From NCBI RefSeq assembly GCF_006345805.1, contig NC_043005.1:44268001-44332000 (forward strand): DNA of 64,000 nucleotides, read 5' to 3'. Shown here piece after piece: positions 39,838 through 51,550 of the stretch. The position numbers were made by a program, and so were the translations under genes. Numbering within the stretch: position 1 is the first letter of the stretch; the number at the start of each line of letters is the position of its first letter. Source of the stretch: Octopus sinensis. Taxonomy: Eukaryota. A model generated the notes under the pieces. That model was not told the DNA's origin and did no database searches. It was given only the letters and a program-made list of their open reading frames with translations.

Positions 39838-40290
39838 ATCATCATCATCATCATCATCATTTAAAATCTGTCTTTTATACTGGCATGGGTTGGATGGTTT
39901 AACAGAGATTGGCAAACCAGAGAGCTGCACTGGCTCCATGTCTGTTTTGGGATGGTTTCTACAGCTTGATGCTCTTCCTAATGCCAACCACTTTACAGAG
40001 TGTACTGGGTGTTCTTTATGTGGCACCAGATAGACAGTGAATTAGCAGAACTATAAGTGTGTCAAACAACAAGTAGATATCTACAGCTCTTTATGTTCTG
40101 AGTTCAAATCTCACTTAGGTCAACTTAGCTGTTCTTTATTTTAGGGTTGATAAAATAAAGTCCCTTTGAAGTATTAAGTCAACATTACCAACTAAATCCC
40201 CTCCCTCAAAACTGCAGTGAAATACAAGGGTCAACTTAATTGAGTAATCTCTTTCTGAAAATTTATGGTCTTGTGCCTATTGTTAAGAAT
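39838..40290. mobile_element. Family-B element (minus, 39838-40030) abutting a family-C SINE (plus, 40030-40290)
   Basis: (CAT)n plus tactggcatgggttggatgg...; then gacagtgaattagcagaa..ttctgagttcaaatc. Confidence 0.75.
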
Positions 40291-41004
40291 TATATTTAAT
40301 ATTAATGCAATAAAAAAGTAAATATGAAATATATCCCAACCCACCCCAAGAGCCAATAAGAAGTAGGTTTCAGTCAGTACATCAGAGAGAGGACTGGTAA
40401 ACTGAGGTGGTGACCTGTGACTATGTGTTGTGCCTCTTTGTCTCTTCTTAAAAGTAATCTTGACATCCATCCTTTAATTTTGAGAGTACCCATCCTTGTT
40501 GGGCCTCAAAATAGTCTTGTTAGATCCTGCCAAATTTCTTTCAGAAGTTCTGCTCCACAATACATAAGTAAAATGAAAGGAATAATCAAAAATATCCTTA
40601 TAGAAACAGTTAATTAGCCATTCCCTTAAATAATTTTAGAGTTATTATCCACAATAAAAGACATCTAGGTCTAACAACCAAGCAATTGCAATTTTGACTT
40701 AGTTGTGTTTCATTCTGCACAGTCACAAGTATGTATTTTGTTTATTATTCACTTTACTTTTAACTTATCAGACCTGTCAATGTTAATTCCCTCCAAATCT
40801 TTATATCTCTCAGTCATCTAGCAAATACTGGTAATACTTCTTTAAAAAGGTCAGATAAGATTGAAACATATCGCTATTTGCCATGGAGGCCAAAGATCAG
40901 ACTCACTTCCCATAACAAGCCTTTACTCAATTTTACTTCATTTGGAATCCAGAGTTATCTCTCTTGCCTATCCTGCTCAGAACTTTTATCTTTTCTTTTA
41001 TTTC

Positions 41005-41455
41005 TTACTTGTTTCAATCATTAGACTGCAGGCATGCTGGGGCACCGCCTTGAAGGATTTCAGTTGAATGAATTGACCCAGTATATACTTTTCTTTAAAG
41101 GCTGATACTTATTCTATTGGTCTCTTTTACCAAAACCACTTTGTCAAGAAGACATAAATACACCAACACTGGTTATCAAATGGTGATAGTTTCTTCAGCC
41201 AGATGCCCTTCCTAATGCCACCCACTTTACAGAGCATACTGGATGCTTTTTATATGACACCAACATAGACAGTGAATTAGCAGAATCATGTGTGTCAAAA
41301 AACATGCCCTGTGATAGATATTTACAACTCTTTATGTTCTTAGTTCAAATCTTACCTAGGTCAACTGGGGGGACAAACACAGCACAAAGACACACAAACA
41401 CACACACATGCATGCACATACAAACACACACACACACACATACATGACAGGCTTT
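41005..41455 (-). mobile_element. Family-A SINE carrying a 180-bp insertion (41187-41366) homologous to 39950-40127
   Basis: The A sequence breaks at ...tcaaatggtga and resumes at ggggggacaaacac. Confidence 0.7.
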
Positions 41456-42220
41456 TTACTCCGCCTAACTTAAAATTAATTCTTGATATTGATTTAACTC
41501 ATCACGTTACTCCCTGCTTACCTATATGTTTACAAAGCAGGTAATGAACAGGAGAGAAATTAATAACATACGCTTTATAATGTTATTAACTAACATTCCT
41601 TATATATTCATTCCACAATCTAAACTGCTGGATGATTAATTACGGTCATTGACTAATATTCAAACACTTTGATGCCATCAGAACTACAAACACTCTGCTA
41701 GACTGTTCATAATGCTGATAGCATCAAAGCTGAATGAGACTACAATAGGTTAAAATTATTGTCTTTCACTCATCAGATCTGTGTTTTCTATAGAAGGGAA
41801 TAACCTTCCAAAATATTTGAGAACAAGGTTAAATACACACCCAGCAGGTATCCCTGGATATGCATTACTGGAAGTTCTTCTAACTAGACTCATACAGGAA
41901 TGATACACTGTATTCATTCGCAAAAATCTGATATTTTTCTCTAATCATCTGAGACCTGCTGTAACAGCTGGATTATGCTTTGCTTAAAGACCTCCAATAA
42001 GACCAAAATATATCTGGACACCATTTGTCTACAGCAAGAAATTTTCTCCATGACAAAAGCATAGTGAACGGCTTGTTTATGAGTTCAAATGTGCCACAAG
42101 CATACTTGAACAGGTAAGTTGTCATTGTAGTAATGAAGATCAGATTTGTAACTTCTTGGCAATCCATATGAATTAAAAGTGACTTCAGAATTGTCTCCCT
42201 CGATTCTTTTTACCAAGCTG

Positions 42221-42254
<34 letters not shown>

Positions 42255-42255
<1 letters not shown>

Positions 42256-42460
42256 GATAGATCGTTAGCTACTACACGCATTTTTTCTCTCCTTGTTTTT
42301 TTCTGTGTATCTTTCTGTCAAAGAGCATAGGCTTGAAACGTAAAAGACTTTTTCTATTCCTGAGCGCTATACTAATACATTTGTTTGTTTGTACTCCACC
42401 TGCCTTCGTCTTTTGTTTATTTTCGTAAACTTTCTCTTCATATATATATATATATATATA
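42255..42460 (+). mobile_element. Penelope-like element terminal remnant between (TA)n tracts
   Basis: Contains a minimal hammerhead-shaped motif (42310-42347). Hammerheads in Penelope-like termini are established knowledge; the assignment itself is inference. Confidence 0.5.
42310..42347 (+). ncRNA. Decayed minimal type-I hammerhead ribozyme motif
   Basis: TCTTT-CTGTCAA-A-GAGC(ATAG)GCTT-GAAA-CGTA-AAAGA: stem I TCTTT/AAAGA, stem II GAGC/GCTT, palindromic ACGT stem III, GUA cleavage triplet. The core deviates from CUGANGA. Confidence 0.55.
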
Positions 42461-42733
42461 TACCACCAAGTAATTTGGGGGTTGTAGAGCCAACCCACTA
42501 AGGGATAATACTTATTCAGTATACTGTTGGTATAATACTCAATTTTTAATACACAAGTGTTTTTAATTGCAATGCAATAAACATACTTATTGTATTAAAT
42601 GGGTGAAGGTAAAGAAATATTTTACCATTAATTTATATTACAAATAAGAAAATGGAGAAGCACATTATTTGGTTTATCAGCTTTAGGATATTAAAGTGTT
42701 GACTTCTCCATATTCTTATTTGTGTATATATGC

Positions 42734-42765
<32 letters not shown>

Positions 42766-42784
42766 GCATATGCATATATACATT

Positions 42785-43092
42785 TTAACTTGTATTTGCT
42801 TCAGTCTTTAGACTGTGGCCATGCTGGTGCACCACCTTGGAAAGATTTTTAGGCAAATGAATCTGCCCCCAGTACTTTTTTTTAATTGTTTTTTAAGCCT
42901 GGTACTTATTATATCAGTCTCCTTCGCTGAACTGCTAAGTTACAGAGATGTACATACACCAACAACACCAACACTGGTTGTCAAGCAGTGGTGGTGGGGC
43001 TGGACAAAAAACACATACACAAAGATATATATACATAGATACATATATACATTTATATATATGTATGCATGTGCATATATATGTATGTGTGC

Positions 43093-43158
<66 letters not shown>

Positions 43159-43265
43159 CGGGCTTCTTTCAGTTTCCATTAACAAAATCCTCTCACAAGG
43201 TCATGGTAGGCCTGAGGCTATAGTAGAAGATACTTGCTCAAGCTCCTTACCACACAGCCATGTGT
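42785..43265 (-). mobile_element. SINE family A with an expanded (TA)n tract
   Basis: Homology to 833-1245. Confidence 0.8.
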
Positions 43266-44169
43266 GTATGTATGTATGTATGTATGTATGTATGTATGTA
43301 TGTATGTATGTATGTATGTATGTATACACACACATGCTACATTTACTCCTTTATCAGAAAAATTTCAAGAAACATAAATATGCACAACCATTTATAAATA
43401 TAATGCATAATTTTCTTGTCTTAGTCTTAGAGTGTACCCACCAAACTGTCTACCCATCTAAATCCACCCACTTACCTCTGAAATTTATCTAAGTGCATGT
43501 GCACATATATATGTAAATATGTACATGTGTATGTGTATATATATAAGTCTAAATGTCAGAATCTGGAAACAAACAACTATAATATATCACTAATGTATAT
43601 GTGTGTGTGCATGCATTCATGCGAGCATGTGTGCACACATGCATGTGTGTATAACATGTATGTGTGAGTGATACATTATTCGTGTTTGTTTCCAGATTTT
43701 AACACTTGGATTCAGTTTGAAATAATCTAAGTAAAAAACTATATTAATTGCCACAAGGTCCTAAAATTCTTTTGCTGCAAACAGGGGAGGGATAGACAGG
43801 AAAGCCATAGAAAATCTACCTGTATGAGTTCCATGTGAACCACACAAGCTTGGAAGATTCAGTGTTAATATAATGGTGATGAAGTTAAATGTATGAAACA
43901 TAGCATAAAACATATTTTTAGATACACACACACTTGCACATATACATACATAAAAACCTGCAAATATATATATAATAATTTTATCTATGAAATCTCAAAG
44001 TAAATGGTTTGATGGATAATAGAATCCGTGTGATTATCATTTGATCTCCAGAACTGTTATGTAAAGAATTTTAGTCTCAGAAGCGAAAATGGTGTGGATG
44101 AATATTTCATCTTCTTCTACTAAATAATACCAACTTTGAGAAGTTAACAATACCACCTTTTATCTTTTA

Positions 44170-44560
44170 TCATTAACTTGAAGAATCTTTAGTCGAACAA
44201 ATCAATCCTTGTCCTTTTTTTCAAGTCTGACACATACTCTATCGGAGTTTTTTGGCAAACTGCTAAGTTACAGAGATGTCAACAAAGTGGTGGTGGGGGA
44301 CAAACAAGACACAAACACACACATATACATGCATGTAAAAGCACCCACTACAGTCTTGGAGTGGTTGGCGTTATGAAGGGCATCCAGCTGTAGAAACTCT
44401 GCCAGATCAAGATTGGAGCCTGATGCAGCCATCTGGTTCGCCAGTCCTCAGTCAAATCGTCCAACCCATGCTAGCATGGAAAGCGGACATTAAACGATGA
44501 TGATGATATACACACATACATATATATATGAAATGTATGACAGGCTTTTTTCAGTTTCCT
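44170..44560. mobile_element. Family-A SINE (minus) with a nested family-B element (plus, 44335-44505)
   Basis: taaaagcacccactacagtcttggagtggttggcgttatgaagggcatcc...ttaaacgatgatgatgat inserted into the A microsatellite tract. Confidence 0.75.
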
Positions 44561-46242
44561 AGATAACTATCTTCCTCAATAGCAGCAAAACATAAACAAG
44601 GAAAATCTGTTAAGCTAATAATTACCTTGATTTGTTCACTATACTATACGAATACCTATGTATGTATATTTCTCAAATGGGATTAAACTGTATATCAAAT
44701 TGCTCCTTTTCAAAAGAATGTAGTCTAGCAAAATATAAGCCATTTTCTGTGATAGAAATAATCCTATAATGAAAATATTTTCTCATTTGAATCAAACTTT
44801 GAAATAGGACAGCTAGATCAGCCAGCCAGCAGTGAAGAAAATAAAATATTCTGAAATTAATTCTAAAACTAAATTGAATTGTAAAACAAATTTAGTTTAG
44901 GCAGGTAAAGAAAAATACAGAACAACAGATTCTTACATGTGGCTCTCAAAGATTTATGGAATGAAGAAACTAAAGAAAATAAATGTAACCATTAATAGAT
45001 GTGTCCAACAGTATGATATATTGTTAATTTCAGAAGGTTTAAAAAATGTTATGGCACATTCTTCTCCATAGAAAGAAACTGGTAGTTACACACTTAAATA
45101 CCAAATTTATTATCTATTTATAGCTTATATGATATTATGCTGTCCTTCATTTTAATAGTGTTAATTACATGATTGTAGAACTAAACACACTGTTTCTGGC
45201 ACAGGAAAATGTTCTTTTCTAAAAGATAATCTTCATTTTGTTCAATGTGTATTCAATTTTTATTAACTGTCCTTCTGGAGGTATGTAATATTTATTTATT
45301 GCTATTCAGAAGGAAATAATACACTTAAGAATTATGTACTTTCATCATGTATAGGAATGTTACTTTAAAATAGATTCTTTGGTTTTCAGAATGTGTTCTT
45401 TAAATAGATAAATGAGAACAGACGATTATTAATTTTGTTCAATTTAAATAGTTTTACTTGCTCCATATTTAACAGATACCCCATTCAATAATTCCGAAGA
45501 AGATGTAATTGCTTTCAAAGTCATTTTTTTTTCTCTATTCTTGCCAAGATAACAAAATCAGTATGTCAAAACATTTAATATTAGCTACAGTATGTGAAAC
45601 AAAAGAGGGTAAATAGAAGTAGATTGTAAATTATACCAATATTTTGCTACTTTGAACAACTAATCTCTTTGATTTTAATATTCATTTTGTCTTTCCTTTA
45701 TATTCCATTCACATATATCTCTTTTTTTAAATTACTATTGTGTACCACCAAAATCTGTTATTATCCAGTTTGAATAAATTCAATTTCAAATTGCTAACAA
45801 AATGAAAGATTTTTTCCATAATCTATTTTATATTAAATAAAGCAATAAAACAAAAAACAATCACTAACATTGCCCCATCATCATCATGTAAAACAATTTG
45901 AAAAATTTACTTAGATAGTAAATTTTTTTTTTCTGTTTTTGTAGTATTGTTTTCCCTACGTTTTTGCTAGTTTAACTTTCTTCTGATTGGTTCAAAAATA
46001 CCAATGAAATTTTAAAATATCATTTTTTTAATAAGAATATAGTACTGATTTCATTTTTCTTTGATGAAAATCAATTTCTTTGACAATCAATCTGAGCAGT
46101 ATTTGTGAGTAAATCAAACAAAATTTAATGTTCCCAATATAATTTTAGATGAATAAGATATAATCTGTGTTTTTTTTTTCTTTCAATAATTAATCTTTTG
46201 ATATTACAATAATTTTACAAAAAAATTCCAATTTTTTTCAGC

Positions 46243-46273
<31 letters not shown>

Positions 46274-47059
46274 CAAAAGCAGACTAATATATACATGCAT
46301 AAAGTAACTTGCATTTTTAGGCTAAGTTTAATTGAAGTTTTCAGTGCCAGACAAAAGGTGCAAAAGAACACTTTTTATCTTGTGATGAGAAGTCTAAATC
46401 AAATTAGTAAATATGTTTGGGTATTAATACTTTGGAATATTTATTTATAAAATGGTTAAAACCTAGACAGAAACAGAAAGAAATATTTAAACATCAATAA
46501 TTTTTTTAGGCCACATTAATGTTCTGAAAGCATACATATATACATACACATATGTATATTTATATACATATAGTTTTAAAGAAATGAGATTGATATTGAA
46601 TTAAAATAAAAGCTTGCTAAGTTCTTACTAAAGAGTAGAAGTTGTTGAGGGATCATTATTAAAAAAAAAGAAAAAGCAGAAATACAGAAGATATAAAGTA
46701 AACTGCAAAGGGTATATTTAATAGTAAATGTTGGTCACCTACAAACACAAAAATAAAATCTAATCTCCTTCTACACTAAATGTTTTTATCCATGTTTAAA
46801 TTTTTCACTATGCTGAAGTGAGCAACGAAAAGATAACTACTACAAATGAATAATATTCTGCCAACTTTTTGAAGGTATATTACATTTAAATTAAGAAAAA
46901 ACAAAAGCAACATTAATGATCTGGAATTGGTTTTTTAAAATAGTTTGTTCAAAAATAATTTTGTGTAAGTAACGATAGAAGATTATCAACATATCGAGAA
47001 AAGTACCAGCAAAGTTATATAGTAACATGGAAATTTAAAGCACAATTACAAGGCACTTA

Positions 47060-47235
47060 AAAAACACCCACTACACTCATGGGGTGGTTGGCGTTAGGAA
47101 GGGCATCCAGCTGTAGAAACACTGCCAGATGAGACCGGAGCCTGGTGCAGCCTCCTGGCTTCCCAGACCTTGGTCAAACTGTCCAACCCATGCTAGCATG
47201 GAAAACGGATGTTAAACAATGATGATGATGATGAT
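47060..47235 (+). mobile_element. Family-B element
   Basis: aacacccactacactcatggggtggttggcgttaggaagggcatccagctgtag...gttaaacaatgatgatgatgatgat. Confidence 0.85.
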
Positions 47236-48467
47236 TTTCACCAAGACCTGTACAGTTTTTTTTTTTCCATATTAAGAAAATTTTATACTTAATTTGATAA
47301 AGAGAACATGCATTAAATTGACATTCTACTGAAAATACTATAATAGATATGCCAAAAGTTTTATCAATATGTAAATATTTCCTTACAAATCACAATTTTT
47401 CAATATTCTTTTATGTTATTAATATATTAACTGTCTGGATTTGATCTTATATCAATTTTTTAAAAGTAAAACAAATTGCAATACAAATTCCTCTAAACTA
47501 TTTTAAAACGATATTTTGATAATTTCTCATTAAGATTAATGTCACCAATGCAAATTCAAAATGCAAGATCTTCATGTCACAACACTTTAAAATTGGAGCT
47601 CTTGTTAATATGCTAGATTTCTTTGTTATTCTTATATATTCCTCTAGTTCGCCTTATGATAAATTCTTCCAGAGACAAATATATATATACAATCAATGTT
47701 GTTAATTTCAGTTTCATCACCACTGTATTTAGTGGTTATTTAAGTAATGTGTTCGTGGATGGTTAAAGGGTTAGATGGTTGCTGATGAAGGGGCAAAAAC
47801 CCCCAAAATATGGCATGTATGCCCATTACCCTTTTTTCATCTTCAGTCCCATCTTTGTTTACATCTGACATCTTGGATACAAAACATCGTAAGAAAAATC
47901 AGAGCTGGCTATAATTTCTATAGAATATCTGTAGAGATAACCCTAACAAGTGACATAAAATGCACTGCTAACACAGCAGAAAATGGTATTGACTTATAAA
48001 AATGTTTAATGTATTTTATTGTATATTATGGTTGCATAATGAAATACTGTGTGCCTACAAGTCATTAATATTTCAGTTTGTTCTAATAGCAGGTCACAAT
48101 AGCCTCTTATGCCACCATGGCTGTTTTCTCTCACCCTGCCTCTCTCCCATTTTATCATGTTTGGAAAAGGCTGTCACATAACACAATACTTATGTCATAT
48201 CTTCTGTGAGCTCAAACATCCTAAACACTGACCAACCAACTACTTATTCATCCACCTTTTTCCATGCATACTGCCCGCCAAAAGCAAACAACACCCTTTT
48301 CACCCAGCACTCATGGTTCATTCATATCGTGCGTCCATATCACTGCACTTATCATACAGAAAAATTGCTCAGATCAATGAGTTCTAGATGAAGTGGCTCG
48401 TTTTTAGCTAACAACATTTATCATGGTTGTCTCACTATTTAATTCGTTGAATTAAATATCACATTAG

Positions 48468-48469
<2 letters not shown>

Positions 48470-48518
<49 letters not shown>

Positions 48519-48545
48519 CAACAACAGCAACAATAATAATAATAA
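48470..48545. repeat. (AAT)n/(AAC)n microsatellite
   Basis: Direct reading; first of five such arrays in 48470-50225. Confidence 0.95.
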
Positions 48546-48767
48546 TCTTTTCTACTATAGGGACATGGCCTGACATTTTGGGGGAGGGGGCAACTCAGTT
48601 ACATTTACTCTAGTACTTGATTGATACTTACTTTATTGACCCTGAAAGGATGAAAGGTAAAGTCAACCCCAGTGGCATCTGAACTGAGAATGTGAAGACC
48701 TATGAAATACTGTTAAGAATTACATCCAGCATGCTATCTATTCTGCCAGCTTGCTACTTTAACAATG

Positions 48768-48820
<53 letters not shown>

Positions 48821-49035
48821 CCTTTTTACTAAAGACACAAGGCCTGAAATTTGGGGGAGGGGGTTAATCAATTACATCAATCCCAGTGTTTCACTGGTGC
48901 TTAGTTTATCAACCCTGGAAGGATAAAAGGCAAAGTCAACTTTGGTGGTATTTGAACTCAGCATGTAAAGCCAGACAAAATGTTTCAAGGCATTTTGTCC
49001 GACTTTTTAATGATTCTGCCAGATCACCACTCTAA
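48546..49035 (-). mobile_element. Two family-C SINEs separated by (AAT)n
   Basis: Each begins atc.ttt.tact..ag.caca/tggcctga and contains gaaaggatgaaagg.aaagtcaac. Confidence 0.8.
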
Positions 49036-49107
49036 TAATAATGATGCTGACACTTTCCATCATACCCAGCAGAATAAGTTGTGAGTTTTCATCACATAAT
49101 AATAATA

Positions 49108-49442
49108 ACATTGTCATGGTGAGAAAAAACAGAAAGAACATGAATGATAATCAACATAGCATGTTCCAATGGCAACAGGATCAAAGTAAATGGAGAAAAA
49201 AAAATTGAATAACTATGATCATTTGAAGTGGGAAATACGAAGGTTGTGGTCAATGAGAAGAGTAGACATGGTACCAATAGTAAATGGCGCATTTGGTAGT
49301 ATCAGCACTCAACAGCCAACATGGCTCAAAAAGATTGGTACAAATGTAAAGGTAGAATACCTACAAAAGAGTCAGCTTAATCAAATGCTGTGGACAGCTG
49401 ATACTTTCCTTCATACACAGCAAAATAAGCTGAGTTTTCACC

Positions 49443-49445
<3 letters not shown>
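49108..49445 (+). mobile_element. 3' end of a second RLE-type retrotransposon family
   Basis: IVMVRKNRKNM..INIACSNGNRIKVNGEKKLNNYDHLKWEIRRLWSMRRVDMVPIVNGAFG..YLQKS fits the RLE (PD)IV..D....EK..KY..L...W....P+V.GA.G...LQK pattern; bounded by (TAA)n on both sides. Confidence 0.7.
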
Positions 49446-49499
<54 letters not shown>

Positions 49500-49514
49500 T
49501 AATAATAATAATAA

Positions 49515-50053
49515 ATGCCCTGATGCAGTACAGGGAGTAGCTCTCATTACTTCTGATCTTAACTGATTGGAAGTGTTATCATGTACATTGTTTTGTCTTG
49601 GTATAAAAGATGGGCTACAACAAATATTCTGTTCAATACCAAAGATTTGCTTGTCAGTTGTTTGACCTTAACCAGTTGACCGTGTCCCTTAGTGGCTGAC
49701 GATATGTGCATCTCTTATCATGAGCAGAAGTAGTGGGAGAGCATGATAGCCATGTGTTGAGAGGAATTCTTTGGGGTTTGGATAATTCACCATTGGAAAC
49801 ATGGGTGTTTTGTTCAACATCCTCGGGACCTTTTGAGCAGGATGGGTTGCTTGACCTAAAGAATATTCTAACTGGGCTCCACCTGCAAGGTCATGCACTG
49901 TTTTATCTTCATATGAAATCACCATGTCGTGCTCATATGGTTGTGATGCCTGTGCTTGGTGTACCTTCATCAGATGGGTAGTCATGATGGGTATACTGGG
50001 CTTCGTATGTTTTATTCCAGTGTCACTTTGATGTCATGCACTGCTCTCTCACT

Positions 50054-50057
<4 letters not shown>
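49515..50057. mobile_element. Unclassified 540-bp element embedded in (AAT)n
   Basis: GC-richer, non-coding-looking block aaatgccctgatgcagtac...gcactgctctctcactca with (AAT)n directly on both sides. Confidence 0.55.
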
Positions 50058-50089
<32 letters not shown>

Positions 50090-50100
50090 TAATAATAATG

Positions 50101-50162
<62 letters not shown>

Positions 50163-50173
50163 TAATAATAATG

Positions 50174-50224
<51 letters not shown>

Positions 50225-50225
<1 letters not shown>

Positions 50226-50455
50226 GTGGTTTCAGATATTTTCACAAAGCCAGTAGTTTTGTGGGGAGGGAGCTAGTCAATTACTAACTAGTCTTTTAAT
50301 CCACCTCAGTGATTAATTGGTACTTATTTCATCAGCCACAAAAGGATGAAAAGCAAGGTTGACTTTGGCAGAATTTGAACACAGAATATAAAGACAGAAG
50401 AAATGCTCACAAAGCATTTTGTCCAGTGCTTTAATGATTCTGCTAACTTGCTGCA
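50225..50455 (-). mobile_element. SINE family C
   Basis: aaaggatgaaaagcaaggttgactttggcagaatttgaacacagaa. Confidence 0.75.
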
Positions 50456-50483
50456 TTGATAATAGTGATAATAATGATAGGGT

Positions 50484-50867
50484 GGAGGTGCAATGGCCCA
50501 GTGGTTAGGGCAGTGGACTCGCAGTCATAGGATCGCGGTTTCGATTCCCAGACCGGGCGTTGTGAGTGTTTGTTGAGCGAAAACACCTAAAGCTCCACGA
50601 GGCTCTGGCAGGGATGGTGGTGATCCCTGCTGTACTCTTTCATCACAACTTTCTCTCACTCTTACTTCCTGTTTCTGTTGTACCTGTATTTCAAAGGGCC
50701 AGCCTTGTCACTCTCTGTGTCACGCTGAATATCCCCGACAACTACGTTAAGGGTACACGTGTCTGTGGAGTGCTCAGCCACTTACACGTTAATTTCACGA
50801 GCAGGCTGTTCCGTTGATTGGATCAACCGGAACCCTCGTCGTCGTAACCGACGGAGTGCTTCCATCC
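50484..50867 (+). mobile_element. Young full-length tRNA-derived SINE with a target-site duplication
   Basis: A box TGGCCCAGTGG, B box GTTTCGATTCC, many intact CpGs; TSD aataatgatagggt (50470-50483) / aataatgataggat (50868-50881), 13/14 match. Confidence 0.9.
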
Positions 50868-50879
50868 AATAATGATAGG

Positions 50880-51230
50880 ATGATCATCATTATAACAGTT
50901 ATAACATCCATTTTCTAATACTAGCAGAGGACAAATAAATCTACCGTATGACAGTAATCACTTGTTTCAGTCTTGTATCATCTCACCTACAAAGTACAAT
51001 GTTTCAGGTCTAACTTCACTACTTCCTCAATAGTCTCACTCAGTTTTATCTGACATAAAAACATTCCTATGCATAGCTTTACTTATTTTATGGTTTTGTT
51101 ATAAGAGACAGTGACCATACCTTCTGGCATTCTTATCAGGGTCATTGCCAGCCATGCTTGATATCTTTGATTCTCTACTTCTCTTACCTTATGTGTCTTT
51201 GGTTTGCCCAGAAATTAACATTATACATCT
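50880..51230 (-). mobile_element. Decayed RTE 3' fragment
   Basis: Minus frame ...RRYGHCLL...EEVVKLDLK.. resembles the LRWYGHV...TW.EVVK.DL segment of RTE C-termini. Confidence 0.45.
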
Positions 51231-51514
51231 AATAGATGATACCAAACTCATTTCTTTCCAGTACATATAAATATATTGTATTCAAACAAGAGCAAAAAGA
51301 AACAATCTTAACAACAAGTAATTGGCTGAAAATTTCAAACAAATTTCAGTGCTAGACAGCAGTGGTAAATCCTCTTACATTATCCCTGTCTGTAGTTACA
51401 AGAATAGAAGCTAAGAAAACCATAAGCTGCAATATTTTTCTGTAAGCAGTTTATTCAAACAGGTAAATTAAAACTAAATAAATCTTACTATAAAAGTATG
51501 CAAGCAAAACTACA

Positions 51515-51550
<36 letters not shown>

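Noticed and set aside
43410-43495. Next PH exon (AG|A TGG GTA GAC AGT TTG = RWVDSL)
   Set aside because: The peptide would fit the PH C-terminal helix, but the acceptor lacks a polypyrimidine tract (gtgggtggatttag), a stop follows after 9 codons and no donor precedes it.
48470-50225. CRISPR-like repeat-spacer array
   Set aside because: The repeats are variable-length (AAT)n microsatellites and the spacers are 200-540-bp transposon fragments; the context is eukaryotic and there are no cas genes.
50484-50560. tRNA gene
   Set aside because: A and B boxes are present, but there is no acceptor stem pairing and the sequence runs into a SINE body with a TSD, so it is a SINE head.
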